Origin: a virus
Lineage: Duplodnaviria > Caudoviricetes
IMG/VR virus record: IMGVR_UViG_3300013113_000816
Coordinates: 1,223 to 65,222 of that record
DNA: 64,000 nt
Strand: one strand, 5' to 3'
The notes below the pieces were generated by a model. The model was not told the DNA's origin, did not search any database, and was given only the letters and a program-made list of their open reading frames with translations. The translations under genes were made by a program, and so were the position numbers. Below, one piece after another: positions 46,881-57,525 of the stretch. The first letter of the stretch is position 1. Every line of letters begins with the position of its first letter.

Positions 46881-48461
46881 ATGAGTGACATAAAAAAAGT
46901 AATAAGACAAGAATATCTTAAATGTGCTTCTGACCCAGTCCATTTTATGAGAAAGTACTGTTTTATCCAACACCCACAAAGAGGCAGAATTCAATTTAAT
47001 TTATTCCCATTTCAAGAAAAAGTATTAACTTTATTTCAAGATAATCCTTACTCATTAATCCTAAAATCAAGACAGTTGGGAATGTCTACCTTATCTGCTG
47101 GATACTCTTTATGGTTAATGTTATTTCATAAGGATAAAAATATACTTTGTATAGCAACAAAACAGGAAACAGCAAAAAATATGGTTACAAAGGTAAAATT
47201 CATGTATGAAAATTTACCTTCTTGGCTTAAAATTAATGCTGATGAAAATAATAAACTAAACCTAAGATTAAGAAATGGATCCCAAATTAAAGCAACCTCA
47301 GCAGCTTCAGATGCAGGTAGATCAGAAGCAGTATCTTTACTAATAATAGATGAGGCAGCTTTCATTGAAAATATAGGTGAAATATGGGCTTCAGCTCAGC
47401 AAACACTAGCTACTGGGGGTGGTTGTATTGCATTATCTACTCCTTATGGTACAGGAAATTGGTTTCATCAAACTTGGGTTAGAGCAGAAAATAAAGAAAA
47501 TGATTTTCTACCTATTAAATTACCTTGGTTTGTGCATCCAGAAAGAGACCAAGCATGGAGAGATAGACAAGATGAATTACTAGGTGATCCTAGAATGGCA
47601 GCCCAAGAATGTGATTGTGATTTCTCAACTTCTGGTGATGTAGTGTTTTATCCTGAGTATATGGAGTATTATGAAAAAACATTTATTAAAGAGCCTTTGG
47701 AGAGGCGAGGGGCAGATCGTAATTTGTGGATATGGGAACCATGTGATTATTCAAGAAATTATATGGTTGTAGCTGATGTAGCTAGAGGAGATGGAAAAGA
47801 CCACTCGGCATTTCATATTATTGATATAGAAAATAATGTGCAAGTTGGGGAATATAAAGGACAATTAGGAACAAAAGAATATGGGCATTTATTAGTAGGC
47901 ATAGCAACTGAATATAACGAAGCTTTATTAGTAATAGAAAACAATAGTATAGGATGGTCAACAATACAAACAGTAATAGATAGAGGATATCAAAATCTTT
48001 ATTATTCACCTAAAAGTGGAGAAGTAAGGGCTGATTCATACTTTGACCAATATATGGATACATCTAAAATGGTAGCAGGATTTACAATGTCATCAAGAGT
48101 TAGACCTATGGTAGTAGGTAAATTTCAGGAATATATTGGAGATAAAGGTGTTACATTTTATTCTAAAAGATTACTAGAAGAAATGAGAACATTTATTTGG
48201 AGGAATGGAAGACCAGAAGCCCAATCGGGGTATAATGATGATTTAGTAATGTCTTTTGGTGTTGCTATGTATATGAGAGATACAGCATTTAGGTTTAAAC
48301 AACATGGAGTTGATTTGACTAAAAGTATGTTAAATGGAATTTCAACAAATAAAACAACATATACTGGAGTTTATACTCCCCCAGGACAGCAAAAAGAAAA
48401 CCCATGGAAAATAGATAATCCTTATTCTGGTGGGGAGGAAGACATTAGGTGGCTTCTATAA
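46881..48461 (+). CDS. terL: terminase large subunit
   Basis: LKSRQLGMST (Walker A), LLIIDEAAF (Walker B), STPYG, ADVARGDG and NDDLVM nuclease motifs. Confidence 0.95.
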   Translation: MSDIKKVIRQEYLKCASDPVHFMRKYCFIQHPQRGRIQFNLFPFQEKVLTLFQDNPYSLILKSRQLGMSTLSAGYSLWLMLFHKDKNILCIATKQETAKNMVTKVKFMYENLPSWLKINADENNKLNLRLRNGSQIKATSAASDAGRSEAVSLLIIDEAAFIENIGEIWASAQQTLATGGGCIALSTPYGTGNWFHQTWVRAENKENDFLPIKLPWFVHPERDQAWRDRQDELLGDPRMAAQECDCDFSTSGDVVFYPEYMEYYEKTFIKEPLERRGADRNLWIWEPCDYSRNYMVVADVARGDGKDHSAFHIIDIENNVQVGEYKGQLGTKEYGHLLVGIATEYNEALLVIENNSIGWSTIQTVIDRGYQNLYYSPKSGEVRADSYFDQYMDTSKMVAGFTMSSRVRPMVVGKFQEYIGDKGVTFYSKRLLEEMRTFIWRNGRPEAQSGYNDDLVMSFGVAMYMRDTAFRFKQHGVDLTKSMLNGISTNKTTYTGVYTPPGQQKENPWKIDNPYSGGEEDIRWLL

Positions 48462-48482
48462 TATTTATAACAATATATAACA

Positions 48483-50375
48483 ATGGCAGATAAAAGACTA
48501 TTTTCAAGATTAAGAAGACTATTTTCAACTGATGTAGTTATTCGTAACCAAGGTGGAAACCAATTAAAGGTTATGGATGTAAATAAAATCCAACAATCAG
48601 GTGAATATGAAACCAATTCATTAGTAGATAGGTTTAATAGAGTTTACACTAACTCCCCAACTTCTTTATATGGGTATCAAAGTAATTTTAATTACCAAAC
48701 CTTAAGACCTCAATTATATTCAGAATATGATTCAATGGATACAGATGCAATTATAGCTTCTGCTTTAGATATTATAGCTGATGAAAGTACTTTAAAGAAT
48801 GATATGGGGGAAGTACTTCAAATAAGAAGCTCTGATGAAAATATACAAAAAATATTATATAACCTGTTTTATGATGTCTTAAATATTGAATTCAATCTTT
48901 GGCCTTGGATTCGTAATATGTGTAAATATGGAGATTTCTTTTTAAAATTAGAAATTGCTGAAAAGTTTGGGGTCTATAATGTTATACCATACAATGCTTT
49001 TCACATCGAAAGGTTAGAAGGACAAGATCCTGAAAACCCAAATGATATCCAATATGGGTTTGACCCTGAAGGAGTATCCACAGGTGGTTATGGTTTTTAT
49101 AATGTACCGGGGGCTAATGATGTAAATCAAAACACTGTTATATTTGATAATTATGAAATGGCCCATTTTAGATTACTTACAGACACTAACTTCTTACCTT
49201 ATGGTAGATCTTATATAGAACCAGCACGTAAGTTGTTTAAACAATACACTCTAATGGAAGATGCTATGTTGATACATAGAATAGTTAGAGCGCCTGAAAA
49301 ACGCATATTCTATATGAATGTAGGGAATATACCACCTGCTGAAGTAGAAAACTTTATGCAAAAGACTATTTCTAAAATGAAACGTACTCCATATGTTGAC
49401 CAACAAACAGGAGAATATAATCTTAAATATAACATGCAAAACATGCTTGAAGATTATTACATTCCAGTTAGGGGTAATGATACAGCTACTAAAATAGATA
49501 CTGCAGCAGGATTACAATATGATGGAATAGCTGATGTAGAATATTTAAGAGACAAATTATTTGCTGCTTTAAAAGTACCTAAAGCATTTATGGGTTATGA
49601 TGAAAATACAGAGGGTAAAGCTACATTAGCAGCCCAAGATATTAGGTTTGCTCGTACAATAGAAAGAATTCAAAGAATAGTAGTTTCTGAGTTAACAAAA
49701 ATAGCATTAGTTCATTTATATACTCAAGGTTATAAAGATGAAAATCTAACTAATTTTGAATTATCAATGACTACTCCTTCAATAATATATGATCAAGAAA
49801 GAGTAGCATTAATGACTGAAAAGATGACTTTATCCAATGAAATGAAAGATTCCAACCTATTCCCTACAGATTGGATTTATGAAAACATCTGGCATTTTAG
49901 TCAAGATCAATATGATGAGTATAGAGCTTTAATCCAACAAGACGCTAAACGTAAATTTAGATTAGCCCAAATAGAAGCTGAAGGTAATGACCCACAAGAA
50001 ACAGGAAAATCATATGGTACACCTCATGATTTAGCTTCATTATATGGGATAGGAAGAACACAATCTGATCCATCTAATGTTCCTGATGGTTATGATGAGA
50101 AAGTTCCTTTAGGTAGAAAAAAAGAATCAAATACTGATAGAGGGAAACAAGAAAATGCTTTTGGTAAAGATCCATTAGGGAAAAACGGCATGAAAAAAGA
50201 TTATAACGATAGCAAGGGATTAAAAACAAACTTTAAAGGTGGTTCTCCTTTAGCTTTAGAGACAAAAAATATGTTAAAAAAAGTTCCTAGACCTCCTAAA
50301 ACAGGAAAACAACTAGTTTTTGAGAAAGAAAATAAGGGAGATAGCTTATTAGACGAATCTCAATTGCACGATTAA
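48483..50375 (+). CDS. portal protein (T4 gp20-like)
   Basis: LMEDAMLIHRIVRAPEKRIFY..GN..EDYYIP.RG..LFAALKVPK. Confidence 0.95.
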   Translation: MADKRLFSRLRRLFSTDVVIRNQGGNQLKVMDVNKIQQSGEYETNSLVDRFNRVYTNSPTSLYGYQSNFNYQTLRPQLYSEYDSMDTDAIIASALDIIADESTLKNDMGEVLQIRSSDENIQKILYNLFYDVLNIEFNLWPWIRNMCKYGDFFLKLEIAEKFGVYNVIPYNAFHIERLEGQDPENPNDIQYGFDPEGVSTGGYGFYNVPGANDVNQNTVIFDNYEMAHFRLLTDTNFLPYGRSYIEPARKLFKQYTLMEDAMLIHRIVRAPEKRIFYMNVGNIPPAEVENFMQKTISKMKRTPYVDQQTGEYNLKYNMQNMLEDYYIPVRGNDTATKIDTAAGLQYDGIADVEYLRDKLFAALKVPKAFMGYDENTEGKATLAAQDIRFARTIERIQRIVVSELTKIALVHLYTQGYKDENLTNFELSMTTPSIIYDQERVALMTEKMTLSNEMKDSNLFPTDWIYENIWHFSQDQYDEYRALIQQDAKRKFRLAQIEAEGNDPQETGKSYGTPHDLASLYGIGRTQSDPSNVPDGYDEKVPLGRKKESNTDRGKQENAFGKDPLGKNGMKKDYNDSKGLKTNFKGGSPLALETKNMLKKVPRPPKTGKQLVFEKENKGDSLLDESQLHD

Positions 50376-50415
50376 TAGATTTTTATATATTTATAAATAA
50401 ACCAAAGCCTAAGGA

Positions 50416-51270
50416 ATGAATATAAAACATTCAAAGTACAAGAATTCTGGTATACTTTTTGAATTACTAGTACGACAAATAACAGCTGATACCCTTGATG
50501 GAAAGGACTCTCCAGCTAGAAAAATATTAAAAGAGTATTTTGTAAAAACAGAATTAGGGAAAGAGTATAAGTTATATGAAACCTTATCAAAGAAAACAAA
50601 TTTAACAGAAGCTAAAGCAAATACTGTTTTATCTACTTTGTTAGAATCCTCAAAACAATTAAATAGAAGTTCTTTAAGAAGACAGAAATATAATTTAATT
50701 AAAGAAATTAAAAATCATTATGATGTTAATAAATTCTTTAGACATAAACTTCCTAACTATAAGTCTCAAGCAGCTTTATATACTCTAATTGAAATAAAAG
50801 CTAATCCTAACCTTAATAATATTAAACATGAAATTAGCAATAAAATTACAATTTTAGAACATCTAGCATCACCTGAAGTTAAGGAAGAAGTTAAACAAAC
50901 AGTTTTAGAAGAATTTAAAAATTACGATAAGGATTTAAAAACACTAACTTATAAAGTTTTATTAGAGAAATTTAATGGTAAGTATGATAATTTAATCCCT
51001 GAACAAAAAGTAATATTAAAGGAATTAATTACTTCTATTGACAATACCCCAAGATTAAAAGAATTTTACAATTGTAAAGTAAATGAAATAAAAACTACCC
51101 TAACAGAACTTAATTCCAAAGTTAAAGATAAAACAGTTCAAATTAAAATAAATGAAGTAGTTAAAATTCTTCCCACGATAGATAAAACATCAAAAGTTAA
51201 AGATGATGACTTAATAAATTTGTTGCAATATTATGATTTAATTGAAGAATTAGAAACTACTCATGTATAG
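50416..51270 (+). CDS. conserved head-module protein
   Basis: KHSKYKNSGILFELLVRQIT; lies between portal and protease. Confidence 0.7.
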   Translation: MNIKHSKYKNSGILFELLVRQITADTLDGKDSPARKILKEYFVKTELGKEYKLYETLSKKTNLTEAKANTVLSTLLESSKQLNRSSLRRQKYNLIKEIKNHYDVNKFFRHKLPNYKSQAALYTLIEIKANPNLNNIKHEISNKITILEHLASPEVKEEVKQTVLEEFKNYDKDLKTLTYKVLLEKFNGKYDNLIPEQKVILKELITSIDNTPRLKEFYNCKVNEIKTTLTELNSKVKDKTVQIKINEVVKILPTIDKTSKVKDDDLINLLQYYDLIEELETTHV

Positions 51271-52549
51271 ATTTAAGTTAAAAGAAAATAACAAATTCAA
51301 AGTTGGTGATGTAAAAATCAAAGGGGGTAAAAAATCCACAGTAACTGATATTAATCCTGTAACAGGTACTGTTACTTGGGATTTAGAAGATGTAGGTGCA
51401 TTTGATACTGTTTATAAAACTTTTGATAAACTAAACCAATTAGTAAAAAAATTAGAAAGTGAAGGTGAAGCTGAAGCAGATCCAACAATTGATTCCATTG
51501 CAGATCAAGTAAAGAATCTATTTAACAAATACCGAACTCATATTAGAAAAAATTACCCTGAAGCTTATGAAAGAGTTTTAATGGTAAAAGAAGATCTTTC
51601 AATAAAAGGTAAAAAGGTAAAAAGAATTAATAAAAACAATAGTAATAATCCTGAAGATTACACAGTTGAATACGAAGATGGAACATCAGAACCCTATGTA
51701 GATACATTAGAAGAATCACTTGATGAAGGTACATTCCATGGTCCTAGAGAAATTGCAATTTATGATGGCCCAGATGGAGAAACATATATTGAAAAAAGAG
51801 GTCTTGGTTATTATGGATATAATAATAGTTTTGATTTTGAAGCTGAAGACAAAGCAGAATTAAAACATAAATTAAATTCATGGGGGTATAGATTAGTAGC
51901 AGGTTCTATTGATGAATCAATTGATGAAGGTGAAGGTGATGAAATGGCTAAAACATATATTAAGTATGCGGAAGATGGTGATTTAAGTGGTGTTGAGTTT
52001 TCTGTATCCGACAATGCGATAACGATATATCAAGAAACTGAAGAGTGGGATGGGGATGATGAAGATGAAGAGCCTACCAAATATAAAGTTTGGAGAGAAA
52101 GCACCAATCCTTCTCTATGGAGTAAATTAAAGGAGATTGCACTACTACATAAGAATCCAGATTCTTTAGATGAAGAAGAAGGTATAGGATATATGACACC
52201 CAAAGCTTTTGATAAAAATAAAAAGTCTACAGGAGCTCCTAATATTTATTACTATAAATTAGGATATAAACCTGTACCTAAAAAAATTAAAGGATCAGGT
52301 TTAGAAGTAAAACAATTATTTGAAAAAGAGGAATTAACTGAATATAGTGATTTCCAACAAAAAAGAATTAGTGTATTTGATGAAGTAGAAGAGAAAATAA
52401 ATACCCTATCCCCACTTTTATCAAATGCCAAAAGTAATACAGCTGAATATTACAATGAAAATCCTGGTTCATATGCTATAGTTTATTCAACAGATATGAT
52501 AAATGAATTATTGGATGATATAACAGAATTATTAAAACAAGAAGAATGA
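51263..52549 (+). CDS. modular acidic head-module protein
   Basis: Segments separated by ESLDE, ESIDE and DSLDE; GYMTPKAF. Confidence 0.7.
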   Translation: MYRFKLKENNKFKVGDVKIKGGKKSTVTDINPVTGTVTWDLEDVGAFDTVYKTFDKLNQLVKKLESEGEAEADPTIDSIADQVKNLFNKYRTHIRKNYPEAYERVLMVKEDLSIKGKKVKRINKNNSNNPEDYTVEYEDGTSEPYVDTLEESLDEGTFHGPREIAIYDGPDGETYIEKRGLGYYGYNNSFDFEAEDKAELKHKLNSWGYRLVAGSIDESIDEGEGDEMAKTYIKYAEDGDLSGVEFSVSDNAITIYQETEEWDGDDEDEEPTKYKVWRESTNPSLWSKLKEIALLHKNPDSLDEEEGIGYMTPKAFDKNKKSTGAPNIYYYKLGYKPVPKKIKGSGLEVKQLFEKEELTEYSDFQQKRISVFDEVEEKINTLSPLLSNAKSNTAEYYNENPGSYAIVYSTDMINELLDDITELLKQEE

Positions 52550-53496
52550 AAAGGACATTAACCGAACAATATGGATTAATTAAAAAAGGAAAAGGTCATA
52601 AAGATGTTTTCCTTAAAGAAGCTAAAAAATTATACCCCAATTTAATTAGACAGGGAGCTGCCTTTAATGAGGCATCAACTATTCTTAAACAAAAGAATAT
52701 CATCAATGAAAATTTTGTTGGTATGTCCCCAATTAATAATCCTTTTGGTAAAAAGAAAAAAGAAGGATACGAAACTGCTTTTGAAAACTTTATTAAAGAA
52801 GCAGCTGAAGCTAAAGCTGAAGAGAAAAAAGTATCAAAAGAAGTAGAAGAAGACCAATCTAAAGGATATGACACCGCAGATAAAAAAGATCCTAACAATA
52901 TGATCTTTGGTCAAATTCAAATGGGTTATTATAATGAATTAAAAAATCCTAAAAACGCTGATAAAACAGAACAAGAAATTAAAGACATTGTATTCAAGAA
53001 TTTAGCTAAAGATCCTATTTATTATACTACAAACGGTCAATTTGGAGAAGAAGATTTAGGTTATACTGATGAAGCACCTAGTTTAGGTGAACCTGAAGAA
53101 CCAAAAGGTGAATATAAATCATCAGGTTATGGTAAACTTAAAGAACATTCAATTTCAATAGCAGGTGGTATTGTAACTGGTGGTGGGTTTGTAGGCACTA
53201 ATTATATGGATTATTTTGGGTTAAATGAAGCAGAAGACGATAAAGAGGATACTGAAAAAATTAAAACCGATTTAGAAGACATTAAAAAATCATCTGAAGA
53301 AATAGCAGCAATAGAAATGTTTGAAGAAGATGGTGTTAATGAAGAATTAGTAGCAGATTCTACAGAAGATGCTATAATCGATGTAGTTGAAGAATTATAT
53401 GATGATTTAGGTAATGTTGATGAAGTAATGGATCATATGAGAAAAGCTTTAGAAAGTGCTGAACAAAGTTTAAGATTAAAATACGGAGATTATTAA
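52546..53496 (+). CDS. acidic head-module protein
   Basis: IVFKNLAKDPIYY; INE, IKE, LKE, LNE and VNE sites. Confidence 0.7.
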   Translation: MKRTLTEQYGLIKKGKGHKDVFLKEAKKLYPNLIRQGAAFNEASTILKQKNIINENFVGMSPINNPFGKKKKEGYETAFENFIKEAAEAKAEEKKVSKEVEEDQSKGYDTADKKDPNNMIFGQIQMGYYNELKNPKNADKTEQEIKDIVFKNLAKDPIYYTTNGQFGEEDLGYTDEAPSLGEPEEPKGEYKSSGYGKLKEHSISIAGGIVTGGGFVGTNYMDYFGLNEAEDDKEDTEKIKTDLEDIKKSSEEIAAIEMFEEDGVNEELVADSTEDAIIDVVEELYDDLGNVDEVMDHMRKALESAEQSLRLKYGDY

Positions 53497-53497
53497 G

Positions 53498-54100
53498 ATG
53501 AAACAAGTACTTATAGAAACCCAATTATTCAAACCAACCCCAATTAGTTTAACTGAGGGTAAAGTATCTGAAAGAGGTAACCCTATAGTTGAAGGTATTT
53601 TAGCTACAGCTGAAGTAAAAAATGGTAATGGTAGATATTATTCAAAAGATCTTTGGGAGCGAGAAATTGATAAGTACAAAGAAATAGTTGAAGACAACAG
53701 AGCAGTAGGTGAATTAGACCACCCTGAATCATCTGTTGTTAATTTAAAAAATGTATCACATAACATAAAAGATATGTGGTGGGATGGAGATAATGTAATG
53801 GGTAAAATTGAAATATTACCTACCCCATCTGGAAATATATTAAAAGCATTAATCGAAAATGGAATTACTTGTGGTGTATCTTCTCGTGGAATGGGTTCTT
53901 TAGAACAAAATGGTGAACTAATGGAAGTTCAAGATGATTTTGAATTATTATGTTGGGATTTTGTTTCAACCCCCTCCAATCCAGGCTCATACATGAAAAC
54001 ACTTAAAGAAGGAAAAGAAAATATTATTAACCCGTACAATAAAATTAACACAATAGTAACAGAAATATTATGTGCTAATGGTAATTGCCCATTATTTTAA
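53498..54100 (+). CDS. prohead core protease (T4 gp21-like)
   Basis: KNGNGRYY, GELDHP, VSHNI, GVSSRGMGS, WDFVSTPS. Confidence 0.95.
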   Translation: MKQVLIETQLFKPTPISLTEGKVSERGNPIVEGILATAEVKNGNGRYYSKDLWEREIDKYKEIVEDNRAVGELDHPESSVVNLKNVSHNIKDMWWDGDNVMGKIEILPTPSGNILKALIENGITCGVSSRGMGSLEQNGELMEVQDDFELLCWDFVSTPSNPGSYMKTLKEGKENIINPYNKINTIVTEILCANGNCPLF

Positions 54101-54244
54101 TAATTTTCTGCGACTTTTAAGAATTCCCATATACGTATAACTGTAAATATGCCATTACCCTCATTTATATGGCATTGAAGATAATAAAATTCTATTACGT
54201 TTCATAATAAACGTACTTTCCCAACAAATTAAAATTTAGGAAAA

Positions 54245-55294
54245 ATGGCAAAACGAGATATCCTCAAAGAGGCTATTGCTGATGCTAAAGCCGTTAAAGA
54301 AGTTGCAATTGCAAACGCTAAGGCAGCACTTGAAGAAGCTTTTACTCCAAAACTTAAATCTATGCTTGCTGCAAAGATTCAAGAAATGGATGAAGTTGAA
54401 GACATGCGTCATAAAGATGACAAAGGTCCAGACAGAGGTGCTGAAAGAAAATCTTTAGATTCAGAACCAAGATACAACAAAAAGAAAGATCTTGATGAAG
54501 AAAAAGAAGATATGGATGAAGAAATCAATTTAGACGAAATCTTAGCAGAACTAGAAAAAGAAACACTTAACGAAGAAGAAGAAGTAGAAGCTGAAGAAGA
54601 AGTTGAAGTCGAAGACGAAACTGAAACTGAAGAAGAAACGGACACAGAAGAAGAAAGTGTTGATATCGAAGATATGACTGATGAAGACTTAAAAATATTC
54701 ATTGAAGACGTTATTGGAGATATGGTTGCAGCAGGTGAATTAGAAGCCGGAGAAGGCTTTGAAGCCGAAGGTGAAGAAGTTGAAGTTGAAGATGATGAAG
54801 AATTAGATATTGAAATTGAAGATGATGAAACTGAAGAAGTTGAAATCGCTGAAACAAATGATAATTTTAAATCATTAAACGAAAAACTTAAGAACGAAAA
54901 ACGGTCTAAAACCAGAGCGATAGCTGAAGTTAAACGATTAAGGAGGGGGTTAAAAGAAGCATATGCTACTATTAAAACCCAAGGATCTACCTTAAGTGAA
55001 GTAAAATTGTTAAATGCAAAGTTACTTTATACAAATAAGATCTTTAAAGCGAAAAGCTTAACAGAAAATGAAAAAATTAAAGTATTGAGTTCATTTGATA
55101 AAGCAACAACTGTTAAAGAATCAAAATTGATTTTCGAGACATTAAGTGAGGGACTTAAGTCTAAAAGAACACCAATTAGAGAATCTTTAGGTAGTGCTTC
55201 CAAAGCAACTGGAAACTTTAAGAAAACTAAAAACCCAATTATTAAAACTGATCCCATGGTGGCTAGGTTTCAAAAATTGGCAGGTTTAAAATAA
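54245..55294 (+). CDS. prohead scaffolding/core protein
   Basis: Very acidic coiled coil; LLNAKLLY; ends RFQKLAGL; lies between protease and capsid genes. Confidence 0.8.
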   Translation: MAKRDILKEAIADAKAVKEVAIANAKAALEEAFTPKLKSMLAAKIQEMDEVEDMRHKDDKGPDRGAERKSLDSEPRYNKKKDLDEEKEDMDEEINLDEILAELEKETLNEEEEVEAEEEVEVEDETETEEETDTEEESVDIEDMTDEDLKIFIEDVIGDMVAAGELEAGEGFEAEGEEVEVEDDEELDIEIEDDETEEVEIAETNDNFKSLNEKLKNEKRSKTRAIAEVKRLRRGLKEAYATIKTQGSTLSEVKLLNAKLLYTNKIFKAKSLTENEKIKVLSSFDKATTVKESKLIFETLSEGLKSKRTPIRESLGSASKATGNFKKTKNPIIKTDPMVARFQKLAGLK

Positions 55295-55324
55295 ATTAAT
55301 AATTAAAAACTTAAATTAAAAAAA

Positions 55325-56995
55325 ATGAGTCAATTAAATTCACTTTTAGAAAGCTCTGCAAAAGGTTGGAAAAACCTTCAGAGTGATGCCGCTAGATTAG
55401 CTGGCAAATGGGAGAGAACAGGACTATTAGAAGGTTTAGGTAGCGAAGTTCACAAGAACAATATGTCAATGATTCTTGAAAACCAAGCTAAGCAACTTGT
55501 AGTTGAAGCAAATGCCACTAATCAAGGTGGTGCTACGTTTACAGCAGGACAAGGTGCTCAGTGGGCTGGTGTAGCCCTTCCATTGGTAAGAAAAGTATTT
55601 GGACAAATTGCTTCTAAAGAATTTGTTTCAGTTCAACCAATGAACTTACCTTCTGGTCTAGTATTCTTCCTCGATTTCCAATATGGTTCGGATAAGGAAC
55701 TTAACCAAGGACCTGCTGGAGATGTTTATTCAAGCCCTGCTTCTATGTATGGTAATACTGATCCAGGTGCAGGAGTTGATCCTTCAGATGGTTTATATGG
55801 TGCTGGAAGATTTGCTTACTCAGTAAATCAATTCTCAGCTTCTGCTACTACTACTGTAGCTACTGCTTCTTGGCAACAATTAGATTATAAAGCTGAATTA
55901 TCAGCTTCTGTTGCTGCCGGAGATTATACATCTGTATCTATTCCTGCTTCTAGTTTAACTAGACCTGATACAAAAGGTGTTAGAGCATTTACTCTATCTT
56001 CAGGTTCAGCTACTAATCCAAATGCTGCTTCATTAGCAAACTTACTTCCTGAATACACTGAATATGATGGAACTGACATATATTTTATATTTTCAGGTTC
56101 AGTAGGTGGTGCTAATATACCAACAGCTGCTGGAGATGGTATTGTATTATACAACCAACAACCAACTGATAATCACAGAGGTGATTTTGAAGATGCTTCA
56201 GGTGCGGGTTACCCAAACAATGCAAGCAATACAACACTATCAATTCCACAAATTGATGTGAAAATGAAATCAGAAGCAATTGTTGCTAAAACTAGAAAGT
56301 TAAAAGCACAATGGACTCCTGAATTTGCTCAAGATTTGAATGCTTACCAAAGCTTAGATGCTGAGGCAGAGTTAACTTCAATCATGAGTGAATACATTTC
56401 ATTAGAGATTGATCTTGAAATTATAGATATGCTTATTGCAGATGCATCAGCTGCTGATGAATACTGGAATGCGCAAAATAACCAATCATTAAATTCTGGT
56501 AAAACTGGATATGATGACTTGGCTTTCTTCAACACTCAAGGTCAGTGGTTCCAAACTTTAGGAACTAAAATGCAAAAGGTATCTAACAAAATTCACCAAA
56601 AGACCCTTAGAGGTGGTGCTAATTTTGCTATGATTTCTCCTTCAGTTGCTACTATCATAGAATCAATCCCAGGATTTGCTTCTAATGCTGATGGTGATGC
56701 ATCTAAGAATAAATTTGCATTTGGTATCCAGAAAATGGGACAAATGAATAGTAGATATGATGTATATAAAAACCCTTATATGACTGAAAACGTTATATTA
56801 ATGGGTTACAGAGGAAACCAGTTCCTAGAAACAGGTGCTGTATTTGCTCCATACATTCCACTTATAATGACTCCTCTAGTATACGATCCAGACACTTTCA
56901 CACCAAGAAAAGGTCTATTAACTCGTTATGCTAAGAAGATGATCAGACCTGAATTCTACGGAAGAGTATTTGTTAGCAACTTAGCTACAGTATAA
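55325..56995 (+). CDS. major capsid protein (T4 gp23-like)
   Basis: LENQ, LPLVRKV, VQPMNLPSG, AKTRKLKAQWTPEFAQDL, APYIPL, TRYA. Confidence 0.95.
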   Translation: MSQLNSLLESSAKGWKNLQSDAARLAGKWERTGLLEGLGSEVHKNNMSMILENQAKQLVVEANATNQGGATFTAGQGAQWAGVALPLVRKVFGQIASKEFVSVQPMNLPSGLVFFLDFQYGSDKELNQGPAGDVYSSPASMYGNTDPGAGVDPSDGLYGAGRFAYSVNQFSASATTTVATASWQQLDYKAELSASVAAGDYTSVSIPASSLTRPDTKGVRAFTLSSGSATNPNAASLANLLPEYTEYDGTDIYFIFSGSVGGANIPTAAGDGIVLYNQQPTDNHRGDFEDASGAGYPNNASNTTLSIPQIDVKMKSEAIVAKTRKLKAQWTPEFAQDLNAYQSLDAEAELTSIMSEYISLEIDLEIIDMLIADASAADEYWNAQNNQSLNSGKTGYDDLAFFNTQGQWFQTLGTKMQKVSNKIHQKTLRGGANFAMISPSVATIIESIPGFASNADGDASKNKFAFGIQKMGQMNSRYDVYKNPYMTENVILMGYRGNQFLETGAVFAPYIPLIMTPLVYDPDTFTPRKGLLTRYAKKMIRPEFYGRVFVSNLATV

Positions 56996-57021
56996 GATAC
57001 ACTTTTAGTATAATTAAAATT

Positions 57022-57052
57022 AAGACCTGGCTTTTTAGTCAGGTCTTTTTTT
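57022..57052 (+). terminator. intrinsic terminator after the major capsid gene
   Basis: AAGACCTGGCT-TTTT-AGTCAGGTCTT followed by a T run. Confidence 0.85.
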
Positions 57053-57089
57053 GTTTTAATTTAATTTTTTAGTATTTATAATAAAAACT

Positions 57090-57515
57090 ATGGCTGATTT
57101 CACCCTTTTATTAAAAGAACGAGTAATGCTGGAAGGCACCGAAAGAGGAACAGATTACAATCTAACAATTAAAAATATTGAAAACATTGATAATAGAATT
57201 GTTACTGTACCTTCAGGCAGTGAAACTACTATTTTTAAATATAGTAATAACCCAGGAGCAGGTACTTTCTCTTCAGGAAGTTTTAAATATGGAAGAATAT
57301 CTAATTATTCAACCACAGTACCTTTAAATTTAAAAGTATCATCTTCTTCTGAATTATTAAATTTTTCAATAGCTGCAGGAGGGACATTTATGCTTTCAAC
57401 AAGTGAAATAACAGGTAGTTTAACAAATACTTTTACTTATGATGAAATAGCTTCAGTTTCAGTGGAACCCTCAGGCAGTAGTGCTAAAGTAGAATATTTT
57501 ATAGCAACAACTTAA
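57090..57515 (+). CDS. virion structural protein
   Basis: ORF track; TATTTATA at 57073. Confidence 0.65.
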   Translation: MADFTLLLKERVMLEGTERGTDYNLTIKNIENIDNRIVTVPSGSETTIFKYSNNPGAGTFSSGSFKYGRISNYSTTVPLNLKVSSSSELLNFSIAAGGTFMLSTSEITGSLTNTFTYDEIASVSVEPSGSSAKVEYFIATT

Positions 57516-57525
57516 TTAATATATT

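Noticed and set aside
46881-56995. Introns or inteins in the terminase, portal or capsid genes
   Set aside because: The ORFs are continuous, of ordinary length, and show no intein motifs
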